From Promethearchaeota archaeon (GTDB lineage Archaea > Asgardarchaeota > Lokiarchaeia > Sigyniarchaeales > SOKP01), in NCBI GenBank assembly GCA_016839915.1, contig JAEOTH010000028.1, positions 15,433 to 79,432 on the forward strand: a stretch of DNA of 64,000 bases. Direction: 5' to 3'. The notes beneath the pieces were generated by a model that was given only the letters and a program-made list of their open reading frames with translations, ran no database searches and was not told the DNA's origin. Below are positions 49,053 to 57,426 of this stretch, piece after piece. Position 1 is the first letter of the stretch. Each line of letters opens with the position of its first letter. Made by a program: the position numbers and the translations under genes.

Positions 49053-49122
49053 TCGCTTCGTAGAAAGGAAGTCTAAATAGCTTTTTTTGGATTTTGTGGT
49101 AATATCTAATATCTTAATTTTT

Positions 49123-49581
49123 TCAAAGAAGCTTTTCTAAGGATTTTCTCAGCAATTTCACTTGTTCTTCCAAAATTTCTTTCGTTACCATGTCAGTGCT
49201 CTCTTCTGAGAATTCCATTAATATATTGTTGATAATCTCTTCATTTAACTTGCTACTTTTCAAATCAGATTGAACCATCTTATTTATCACTGGTTCTAAA
49301 ATCTTAAAGTTAAGTTCTATTAAGTCGTTACACACTTTCACTCCTTCTTTTGTTAGGCGATACTCTCTTTTATCAGCTCCGGCAATCTGTGGTTTCTTTA
49401 TTAACCATTCCACAAGTTTTTGTTCTTTCAATTTTTTAAGTTTCATATCTAAGGTATGCCGTTTTATATCAGGGAATTTTTCCCTTAGTTTGCTTGAGGT
49501 GGTGTATTTTTCTCCAAATGAAGAGAGAAAAATAAGAAGGTTAATTGTGTCTAGAGTTCCATATAGAATTTTTTTGCTCAT
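49123..49581 (-). CDS. winged-helix (PadR/ArsR-like) transcriptional regulator
   Basis: ..SKLREKFPDIKRHTLDMKLKKLKEQKLVEWL..REYRLTKEG. Confidence 0.5.
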   Translation of the reverse strand: MSKKILYGTLDTINLLIFLSSFGEKYTTSSKLREKFPDIKRHTLDMKLKKLKEQKLVEWLIKKPQIAGADKREYRLTKEGVKVCNDLIELNFKILEPVINKMVQSDLKSSKLNEEIINNILMEFSEESTDMVTKEILEEQVKLLRKSLEKLL

Positions 49582-49646
49582 AGACAGTCATTGAGATTGG
49601 GTTTATATTTAGTAACAATTGTCAATATATTTATAATTGGTCATAT

Positions 49647-49681
49647 ATATGTTGATCATCAATGCATAATATGTTGATCAT
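49647..49681. promoter_or_regulatory. two direct copies of ATATGTTGATCAT spaced 22 bp, candidate operator
   Basis: 49647-49659 and 49669-49681, in the divergent intergenic region between 49123..49581 and 49743..49979; each contains palindrome TGATCA. Confidence 0.4.
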
Positions 49682-49742
49682 TTAAATAGTAAGATTTCTA
49701 TTATATATTTTAAAAGAAGACAATCTTCTGACCTATTTTATT

Positions 49743-49979
49743 ATGACATTGAATCGTGATGAAATTCTTTTTGCTGAGTTGTTATCATTACATTCATTGA
49801 GTTTGAAGGTTCTGGAGAAAAGAATCAAGTCAAGGATAAAACAATTAAAAAAGCAGAATCATTTATATGGAGATTTTTTTCTTAACCATATTATTTTTAG
49901 ATTTAATCGTATACTTGAATTGTTTAATAAAGTAGAGTTCAGGATATTATTTAGGAAAGTTAAGAATTCAAAAAAATAA
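49743..49979 (+). CDS. hypothetical small basic protein
   Basis: 78-aa ORF divergent from the wHTH gene. Confidence 0.3.
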   Translation: MTLNRDEILFAELLSLHSLSLKVLEKRIKSRIKQLKKQNHLYGDFFLNHIIFRFNRILELFNKVEFRILFRKVKNSKK

Positions 49980-49989
49980 CAGTTTTTCA

Positions 49990-50469
49990 TTAACTTGGGA
50001 ATTCATAAATGACAATTTCTATGTGTGATAAGTGCTTAAATTTTGCAGTACTTCGCCCATGAGCTCGAGGAATGTATCTTTTTATAATTCTTCCCCTATG
50101 TGTTGCGGCGTGAATAATTCTACAAAGATCAATATCTAAACCTTTATATTCTGCGTTTGACTCTGCAGATGCAAGAATTTCATATATTCTAGCGGCTGCT
50201 TTTTGAGGATACCTTCCAGCATACCATTTAAATTGCTTTAAATCATGTTTATGAGCAACTTTTTTCTTATGTCTTCTAAATGGTACTGATTGTTCTAACT
50301 GAATCACTTTTTCAAGAAATTTTTTTGCTTGGTCTACTCTTATTCCCTTAATTACGGCACAAATTTCTCTTGCATGTTTTGGTTTAATCCTTATATCTCT
50401 ACCTGATGCTTTCGCTAACCTATCTGCATCATACTTTTGTTCTGTAAAAGAATAATCCCACGTTGGCAC
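49990..50469 (-). CDS. rpl22: 50S ribosomal protein L22 (uL22)
   Basis: ..ASGRDIRIKPKHAREICAVIKG..VPFRRHKKKVAHK. Confidence 0.9.
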   Translation of the reverse strand: MPTWDYSFTEQKYDADRLAKASGRDIRIKPKHAREICAVIKGIRVDQAKKFLEKVIQLEQSVPFRRHKKKVAHKHDLKQFKWYAGRYPQKAAARIYEILASAESNAEYKGLDIDLCRIIHAATHRGRIIKRYIPRAHGRSTAKFKHLSHIEIVIYEFPS

Positions 50470-50494
50470 TAATCATCAACTCTAAATATAATCT

Positions 50495-51070
50495 TTATTT
50501 CAATGGAACATATTTTGAACTTCTTGTGGCTCCAATTCCAGGTGATCCGTGTTGTACACGCTTTCTTGTAAGAGAGAACTCTCCAAGATAGTGTCCAATC
50601 ATTTCAGGTTTTATTTCAACAATCTCGAATATTCTTCCGTTATATACACCGATTTTGAGCCCCACCATTTCAGGAAAGATTAACATGTCTCTTACATGTG
50701 TTCTTGTAAGAAGATCCTTACCTCTCTTTTTAGCTCGATATGCTCGTCTTAACCGTTCAAGTAATTTTTTTTGTCTCGGAGGTAAACCTCGTTTTAATGA
50801 TCGTCTTGCTCTAGCTGGCAATAATTGTATAAATTGATCCATATTCATTTTCTTTAATTCTTCTAAGATATAACCTCTATATTTGAATCTTAATCTATCT
50901 AACTCTGCTTCTGTGTCTAATTCCTTTGTTTCCTTGATATCTTCTTTCAATTCTTTCCCTGTTTCGGTTTCAATCTCTTTCTCTGGATCTATATCTTTTT
51001 CTAAATCATTCTGAAGTTCTTCTTCCATTTCTTCTGATTCCTTATCATCAGATTGTTCTTCAGGAGCCAT
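50495..51070 (-). CDS. rps19: 30S ribosomal protein S19 (uS19) with acidic N-terminal extension
   Basis: ..[47 protein letters not shown]; first ~55 aa D/E/K-rich. Confidence 0.9.
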   Translation of the reverse strand: MAPEEQSDDKESEEMEEELQNDLEKDIDPEKEIETETGKELKEDIKETKELDTEAELDRLRFKYRGYILEELKKMNMDQFIQLLPARARRSLKRGLPPRQKKLLERLRRAYRAKKRGKDLLTRTHVRDMLIFPEMVGLKIGVYNGRIFEIVEIKPEMIGHYLGEFSLTRKRVQHGSPGIGATRSSKYVPLK

Positions 51071-51288
51071 TTTTTAACCAATCTATTTGTTCCATTTATA
51101 ATATTCTGTAAATTTTTTCTTATATAATGTATTACGGTAAGGTTTATTGTGTAGTATTTAATTTTAACTTTTAGGTTAAGTTAACAAAAATCATAAAACT
51201 TATAAGTGTTAGATGTAATTTTGGAGAGAAACTCCCTTCTCTTCCCGCATCAAGTCATTGTTTGAGTTTTCTCTACTTTTTTTAAGAT

Positions 51289-51972
51289 TTAAAATTCTCT
51301 TACATATTGATTTGGATTAAAAACTCGTTTTATATCATTCTCATCGAATTTTCCATTCCACTTTTCCTTAATAACTACGAACTTGTCTTTTTCTTTATTA
51401 GGGTTAATTATAGAATGATAACTACCTATAGGATTATGAAACGTCGTTCCAGATTCTATAAAATAATGGATACTATTTCCATTAATTATAATTGGTTTTC
51501 CTTCAAGGATTTCCCAAGATTCGTTTCTATATTTATGAATCTGAATTGAAAGTCCAAATTCGGGTTTAAGAAAAATCAAATTATATTTTGGATAAGTAAA
51601 TTTAAAGCTATACCACTTCGGAAGGGTACTAATAAATCCTTTAGGAATATCATAATTAGATTTAAAGAATTCTAGGGTAAAATTGACTTTCTTTGAAAAT
51701 TCATATTTATAGGGATTATAAATTATTTTATGATTTGAAATATTTTGACTATAAAATATATCCAATTCCTCTTTTCCATTATTTACCACCATATAATACG
51801 AATTCGGTTTAATTAGTAAATCAGATTTTGAAATCCCAACAGTAATGAAACTTTTTCCGTTAATCAGGAAAATATCTTGAAATTTACTTTCAAGAGTCTC
51901 AATCTCTAACTGCTGAGAGTTATTTTTTCTTAATGATGTACTTTTTTGAGCAGGAATATTTTCTTGGTCCAA
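51289..51972 (-). CDS. cupin-domain protein (type II phosphomannose isomerase-like)
   Basis: GLSIQIHKYRNESWEILEGKPIIINGN..GSYHSIINP. Confidence 0.55.
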   Translation of the reverse strand: MDQENIPAQKSTSLRKNNSQQLEIETLESKFQDIFLINGKSFITVGISKSDLLIKPNSYYMVVNNGKEELDIFYSQNISNHKIIYNPYKYEFSKKVNFTLEFFKSNYDIPKGFISTLPKWYSFKFTYPKYNLIFLKPEFGLSIQIHKYRNESWEILEGKPIIINGNSIHYFIESGTTFHNPIGSYHSIINPNKEKDKFVVIKEKWNGKFDENDIKRVFNPNQYVREF

Positions 51973-51986
51973 ATTTAGTACTCCTT

Positions 51987-52955
51987 TTATTTATTATTAA
52001 TATTTAATGCATTTAATTTATTTTGAATTTCGTCTAAGAATGGCATTGATTCTTGGGCGCCTTTTCTTGTGACAGCAATAGAAGCTGCTACAGTGGCAAT
52101 TTTAACCGCATTTATTATGATTTTACCTTCACTTAGCATGCTAGCTAAAACACCAATAAAACAATCTCCTGCTCCAACAGTATCTATAGTTTTAACTAGT
52201 GGAGCAGGTAATTCATAAAACTTATTATCTTTTCCAAAATAAATTAAACACCCTTTATTTCCTAATGTAGTTATTATATAACTTATTCCTAAACTAGAAA
52301 TATCCTTTGAAGCATGTATAATTTTCTGTTTCCCTTCATTAATTAATTCTTTAAAATTTAAAAGAGAATGCAATCGAAAAAGTTCACCTTCATTAGGTAT
52401 TATTATATCCACATTCTTTAGTATTTCAATTGGAATTGGTTTCAATGGAGCTGGATTTAATATTTTTATAACATTACCTTGAGAAGCTATATAAAATATT
52501 CTTTGAATAGATTCCATCGGTATTTCCATTTGAACAACAATGATTTTTGCATTTTTGATAAGTTCTTGTCTATTATTTATATCTTCGATATTTAATTTAG
52601 AATTAGCACCAGGTGCTACGCTTATCATATTTTCCCCATTTTCATCAATTAATATGAAAGCTACTCCACTTGGGTTCTGTGGATCCCTGATAATAAAATC
52701 AATATTTATTTTTTCATCTATTAGTTGAGAGATCATCTGGTCTCCAAATAAATCAGTTCCAATTTTTCCAATAAAAATTGTTTTTGCTCCCGATCTTGCT
52801 GCTGCAACTGCTTGATTTGCTCCTTTTCCTCCTAAAAATTGCTTGAAGGTTCCCCCAGTAACTGTTTCTCCACGATTAGGAAATCTTTTAATATATATAT
52901 TTAAGTCCATATTGCTTGAACCGATTATTAAAACATAGTCATTTTCATTAATCAT
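51987..52955 (-). CDS. rbsK: ribokinase (PfkB family)
   Basis: GGKGANQAVAAARSG, TVGAGDCFIGVLAS. Confidence 0.8.
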   Translation of the reverse strand: MINENDYVLIIGSSNMDLNIYIKRFPNRGETVTGGTFKQFLGGKGANQAVAAARSGAKTIFIGKIGTDLFGDQMISQLIDEKINIDFIIRDPQNPSGVAFILIDENGENMISVAPGANSKLNIEDINNRQELIKNAKIIVVQMEIPMESIQRIFYIASQGNVIKILNPAPLKPIPIEILKNVDIIIPNEGELFRLHSLLNFKELINEGKQKIIHASKDISSLGISYIITTLGNKGCLIYFGKDNKFYELPAPLVKTIDTVGAGDCFIGVLASMLSEGKIIINAVKIATVAASIAVTRKGAQESMPFLDEIQNKLNALNINNK

Positions 52956-53208
52956 ATGATCAGCACTTAATTTGAAAAATTTTTATGATTTTAATTGTAT
53001 TTATCTCTTCTATTTATAGATCATCAAATTATTTTATTTATGATCAAGTATCATTAATAGAATGGTTTTAATTTAATCATTTTTTAAAAAGTAATATTAA
53101 ACAAATCTTTTTATATAAAATTAATCTAAATTAAATGAATTAACAACTTAAAAAAAAATAAGGAGTTGAACCACAATCGCAAAAGATAAGTTAATAGGAG
53201 CGATAGTT

Positions 53209-53521
53209 ATGGTGGTTGGTATCCTAATCGCTATCATTTATACTTTAGGTTCTGTCGTAGATCTCTACATGATAAAACTTGGGGGTAGTCCGAGAGGAAT
53301 CGACCTTACTTCAAGCTGGTTTTTTGGAATTGATTTACTTAGTTGGGAACTCTTCGTCGTCTTACCTATGTGGCTTTTAGTAATTTTGATAGCAATTATT
53401 GCTATTTGGATTGGATATAGTATGTTAACCACACCAGCGCCTGTTCCACTCGAAGCTATCTACTGCTTATCGCAGAGATATCGAACAATTGGAAGAGGAA
53501 CTAGCTGCTGAGGAAGAATAA
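53209..53521 (+). CDS. small 2-TM membrane protein with acidic C-terminus, interrupted by 31-nt intron (join 53209..53455,53487..53521)
   Basis: ATG 8 nt after GGAG. Spliced C-terminus ..TTPAPVPLEELEEELAAEEE*; exon sum 282 nt. Confidence 0.6.
53456..53486 (+). other. putative BHB intron in mRNA, 31 nt
   Basis: Central helix TCGA(53450-53453)/TCGA(53481-53484) perfect, bulges AGC and ACA, inner hairpin TATCT(A)CTGC-TTATC-GCAGAGATA; removal gives the required +1 shift. Confidence 0.75.
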
Positions 53522-53527
53522 TAATAA

Positions 53528-53542
53528 TTTTTTTTTTTTTTT
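53528..53542 (+). terminator. T15 tract immediately after the spliced stop codon
   Basis: 15 consecutive T 7 nt after TAA 53519-53521. Confidence 0.4.
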
Positions 53543-53673
53543 CACATTATTTTTATTATTTTGCAACTAAACCCGTACTACTTTAAGATTATATTCTTAA
53601 CCTCTCTTAAAGTAGATTAGAAGAAGTTAGAAGTTTTAGGGAGAAAAAATAAGAAAGAAAATATCGGTGTCGA

Positions 53674-53865
53674 TTATTTATCCATCTCATCTAAGTTTGA
53701 GATCATCTCAATCACTAGCTCAATATATCTCCTAATTGCATCAATGATAAACTCATGATGAGTCCTATATCCTAACTCAGGAATTAGAATTAATATAATA
53801 TCCACCAGTATTTTTGGAACCTGTATATTTTTATATTCTGTTTTTATCTTTTCAGTCAGTTGGAT
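53674..53865 (-). CDS. ribbon-helix-helix (CopG-like) protein, no canonical start
   Basis: Not in ORF track: ..KNIQVPKILVDIILILIPELGYRTHHEFIIDAIRRYIELVIEMISNLDEMDK*; the only canonical start codons are internal (GTG at codons 21 and 51, ATG at codons 54 and 61), all leaving far shorter products. Confidence 0.4.
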   Translation of the reverse strand: MQLTEKIKTEYKNIQVPKILVDIILILIPELGYRTHHEFIIDAIRRYIELVIEMISNLDEMDK

Positions 53866-54116
53866 TCACCCTATTATTCATTATATTCACATACCTTTTT
53901 TGTTATTTCACCTTACAGTTTGTAATTTTTGTTCCATATCATATACCCCATTTTTCAGTACACCCTATCAAGAATCTCTTATATTACTCATTCTTAAAGA
54001 AATAAATGTTTTTCTCATCATTTCTAAGAAATAATCCTGATATTTAAAGAAAAGACCTTTTATGACCTTTTTTAAAAAAAAAGAGTTAGAATTTTTCGCT
54101 TGATTTTTATCAATAA

Positions 54117-55016
54117 TTATAAATTTTTCAAATTATATATAACTCTATTGAGGGTTACCGATTCTCGGTGTGCAAATTGATGAACCACAGAATATTCGTA
54201 TTGTAAAAGGTCGTTTCCATCCTTTAATATAGCCTCATGATCATATACCAATCCATCACCACCATGTGGCCACATCCAAACTATCCACCAAACATCCCCT
54301 CTAATCGTCATCCAATTAATATCACTATATGCGGTAGCATCACTTCTACTATATGGTGTATCTTCACCAGAATTAAGATTTGCAAGAAAACTGGATCCAG
54401 TCATCATTTGTCGATCTTGGTAATTATTTTCCCCTATTAACAATTTGACCAAAGGGTCATCAAAGAAATTTAATAATTCTCTTAAATTAGCTAAATTGAC
54501 GCCTTGGTGTGGAGTAGCAATTGAGCAATAATGCTTAATAGTAATTCCAGCATTTTTTATTGTAGGATAATAATCCTTAATCATGCTTCTAATAACAAGT
54601 CCGCCCATAGAGTGACATACAATATCAAGCTCATCTGCTATAATCCCTTGTTGATGAGCCCAAATTATATAGTTTTTCATATAATATCCAATAGTTCTAA
54701 TACTAGTATCAACAGTTACAGAATTAAATTGAGAAGGATGATCAGCTCTAGAACTATAATATGAGATAGCAACCATATTAGCGCTACCATAATAATCTAT
54801 GAAATCTTGTCTCGCTCTCAGAGTATTCCATGTACTTGCTTGGTCAGACTTTCCATGAATTAATAAGAGTGTTTTCGTTGGGGGCGGGGGTGGGGGAGGA
54901 GCACCGCCGCCACCATCCCCAGGGGTTAGCATTGCTGGCGCAAAAGCAGGTAGAAAAATTCCAACTGTAAACATTAAAATTAAAGTAAATCCTAAAAATT
55001 TTTTTGAGCTTTTCAA
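54117..55016 (-). CDS. secreted alpha/beta hydrolase (lipase/PGAP1-like)
   Basis: Signal peptide, GGGGAPPPPPPP linker, nucleophile elbow CHSMGG. Confidence 0.6.
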   Translation of the reverse strand: MKSSKKFLGFTLILMFTVGIFLPAFAPAMLTPGDGGGGAPPPPPPPTKTLLLIHGKSDQASTWNTLRARQDFIDYYGSANMVAISYYSSRADHPSQFNSVTVDTSIRTIGYYMKNYIIWAHQQGIIADELDIVCHSMGGLVIRSMIKDYYPTIKNAGITIKHYCSIATPHQGVNLANLRELLNFFDDPLVKLLIGENNYQDRQMMTGSSFLANLNSGEDTPYSRSDATAYSDINWMTIRGDVWWIVWMWPHGGDGLVYDHEAILKDGNDLLQYEYSVVHQFAHRESVTLNRVIYNLKNL

Positions 55017-55212
55017 ATTTTTTCACCTTTATAATTTTATAGATATGCCTTAAAAATCAATTTGTAATTAAATTGAATTTCAAATTAATAAATATTCAAC
55101 TTTGCTATATAAATGTTCTTTTATTGTTATTTTGTGGATAAGTTCTAACAATTTAACTTGCCCAACATTCGTTAAATTATTTTATCTCAAATATTCTTCA
55201 TTATCGTAATAA

Positions 55213-55401
55213 TATAGAGGATTTCTATTCACTAAACTTGTTGCGCCTATACTAGGAGATTTAGCATTAACCCCTCAAGCTCAAGAAAAACGACTTACTA
55301 TTAAAGAGGAAACAAACGGTGAATTACTTTGCAAATTTTGTGGTTCCATACTCTCGGAAGGAGAATCAATATGTCACGTGTGTAAAAATAAAATTGAATA
55401 A
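55213..55401 (+). CDS. possible small zinc-ribbon protein, start unresolved
   Basis: Open frame ..LTIKEETNGELLCKFCGSILSEGESICHVCKNKIE*; no ATG/GTG/TTG in frame. Confidence 0.25.
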   Translation, partial: YRGFLFTKLVAPILGDLALTPQAQEKRLTIKEETNGELLCKFCGSILSEGESICHVCKNKIE

Positions 55402-55522
55402 AATTTTAAGTAAAAATAAATATATACAGTTTTGTATAAGTTCATGGATAAGATATTATTATATATAAGAAGAATTTGTTTAAAGATGGTTTATACTCCC
55501 ACATATAAAATTATCGTTTTTG

Positions 55523-55554
55523 GATTAGAAATTTTTATATCAATATATACAGTT
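55523..55554 (+). repeat. promoter-like repeat copy A (GATTAGAAATTTTTA ... AATATATACAGTT)
   Basis: Same two blocks recur at 56661-56699; AATATATACAGTT also at 55419-55431. Confidence 0.5.
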
Positions 55555-55629
55555 CAATAAATCATTTCTCTACCCTCAGATTTATTGTAAAGTTTCTCAT
55601 AATATAGTAACAAAAGTAGGGGTGATAAC

Positions 55630-56043
55630 ATAACGACATTTCAAAAACTGAAAGATGATCTATCGAAATATTTATCAAGTAAGAATCTTGAGGAACATAT
55701 TTCTAATATAATAGGTATTGTTAATAAACATAACAATACGAAGCCTAAACCTATTCTAACTAGTACTAAACCGACTAGGAGGAGAGGCTCGAAAGAGATT
55801 CTATACGAAAATCAATTCTTTATAATCGTGAAAGATTTTCATACGAAAGATAAAATGGATATATGGGTATTAAAATTAAAACGGAAAATCTGGTTAGAAA
55901 AAGATGATTTCTCTGAATTAAAAGAACTCGTTGAATGTTATGACGGATACTATTCAGGATTTTCAGGGGGTTTTATTTTTAAATCCATGCCTATCAAGAG
56001 GATCTTGGAGGAAGTAACAGAATTTCTTGAAAACCTCGTATAA
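55630..56043 (+). CDS. hypothetical protein, probable ATA start (or internal GTG 55828 / ATG)
   Basis: Frame open from 55603; ATA 4 nt after GGGGTGA; ..DIWVLKLKRKIWLEKDDFSELKELVECYDGYYSGFSGGFIF.. Confidence 0.4.
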   Translation: MTTFQKLKDDLSKYLSSKNLEEHISNIIGIVNKHNNTKPKPILTSTKPTRRRGSKEILYENQFFIIVKDFHTKDKMDIWVLKLKRKIWLEKDDFSELKELVECYDGYYSGFSGGFIFKSMPIKRILEEVTEFLENLV

Positions 56044-56063
56044 TAAGTAAGTAAGTTGAATCA

Positions 56064-56279
56064 TCAATCTCGGAGTATTTTTAATGAAACTATATATGCT
56101 ATTAAAAAACCTGCTGCATAAATGAAAATGACTACTGCATTTGTTGCCGCAGAGGTGGGGGAAAAATGGGGATCGGTTATGCCCAACCATAGACCATATA
56201 GCATTATCCATATTGATCCTATAATAGTAAACATAATTGTGAATATTAGCAAAACACCTTTAATAATAGAATGTCTCAT
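56064..56279 (-). CDS. small 2-TM membrane protein
   Basis: 71-aa hydrophobic ORF. Confidence 0.35.
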   Translation of the reverse strand: MRHSIIKGVLLIFTIMFTIIGSIWIMLYGLWLGITDPHFSPTSAATNAVVIFIYAAGFLIAYIVSLKILRD

Positions 56280-56660
56280 TTGAATTTTCCTCTATAACTA
56301 GATAGTATATTTTTGGATATATGTGGATATTGAAATAACTATTTAAGAATTTACCCATAGGATTTTAAGTGTTTGAAAAACAATTTGAAATTTATCAAAA
56401 TCATATTTTTTTTGTTTATAAATATCTATTTCCTTACTTATTAATGTATGAAGGACCTCATAGTACAATTAAAATTTCCTCGCAAAATAACTTTACCATT
56501 GCAAAATAATTGATTCAATAATAAAAAATACTTTGGCATCCAAATATGTAATTAGTGTTTTAATAGGAATTCTTCCGAAAACCTCGTATAATTATTATTT
56601 ATTAAGATTCATCGGTTATGTTGCTTTGATGACACTGATTTTAAAAGTGACAATTTGAGA

Positions 56661-56699
56661 GATTAGAAATTTTTAAAATAAGACTTAATATATACAGTT
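56661..56699 (+). repeat. promoter-like repeat copy B
   Basis: GATTAGAAATTTTTA (56661-56675) and AATATATACAGTT (56687-56699); preceded at 56577-56591 by a copy of the 3' end (GAAAACCTCGTATAA) of ORF 55630..56043. Confidence 0.5.
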
Positions 56700-56728
56700 A
56701 TGTATCATAGTCGATAATGGTAACAAAA

Positions 56729-57085
56729 TTAAATCAGTTTAGCAAAACAATTTCTACAATAGCGTTGGTCTTTTTCTATCGAAATACCACAATTCCAACA
56801 GAAATTTGTATTCAACACCTGCTTAATGGGTATTACATCTTCTGTAATAACCGCAAGTCCCGTATAGATATCAATTAGATCATACCATAATATTTCCCCT
56901 CTCCTGCAAGAAAAATTTATTATTGCATCTGCTCCTATGGTTTTAGCTTTTCTTATCAACCTTTGCATACTTTCTCCTTCTCCTAAATCCTTATAATCCT
57001 TTACTTTGATTTCTCCCAAAACTTCTACAATCTTTTTAGTGGGAATATAATCGGTTTTGGAAACGATCACTTGGAATCCCCCCAT
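56729..57085 (-). CDS. YbjQ/UPF0145-like domain protein with C-terminal zinc ribbon
   Basis: ..AKTIGADAIINF.. and CWNCGISIEKDQRYCRNCFAKL. Confidence 0.5.
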   Translation of the reverse strand: MGGFQVIVSKTDYIPTKKIVEVLGEIKVKDYKDLGEGESMQRLIRKAKTIGADAIINFSCRRGEILWYDLIDIYTGLAVITEDVIPIKQVLNTNFCWNCGISIEKDQRYCRNCFAKLI

Positions 57086-57426
57086 ATTTTCTATGATCTA
57101 TTTATACATATAATGTTTAAAAAAAATAGCTAATAAACTTTTTTTTAATTTAACCTAAACGGTTGAGAGATAAAGAGGAGATTCATCTAAACGGATTTTT
57201 ATCTTTTGGTACTACAACGCCGGAGTCTCAATTATTCTGCAGTTCAATATTTTCTAAGATTGTATCTATATACTGGATATTTTCTTTACCGGCCTCCTCG
57301 ATTAGCTTTTGTGCAAAGAAAACTTTAAAACTCTATGACTAATAAGAAAGATTAATAATAATTATTTTTATTTTTTTTTCCAATTTTAAACATTTCTCTT
57401 CAATTTACCTAATAATTAAATTTCTT

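Noticed and set aside
53814-54005. 63-aa plus-strand ORF.
   Set aside because: It gives a hydrophobic low-complexity translation with no SD, and it overlaps the upstream part of the better-supported minus-strand RHH frame.
54875-54925. GC-rich island (gggggcgggggtgggggaggagcaccgccgccacc) as a possible repeat or structured RNA.
   Set aside because: It simply encodes the GGGGAPPPPPPP linker of the secreted hydrolase on the minus strand.
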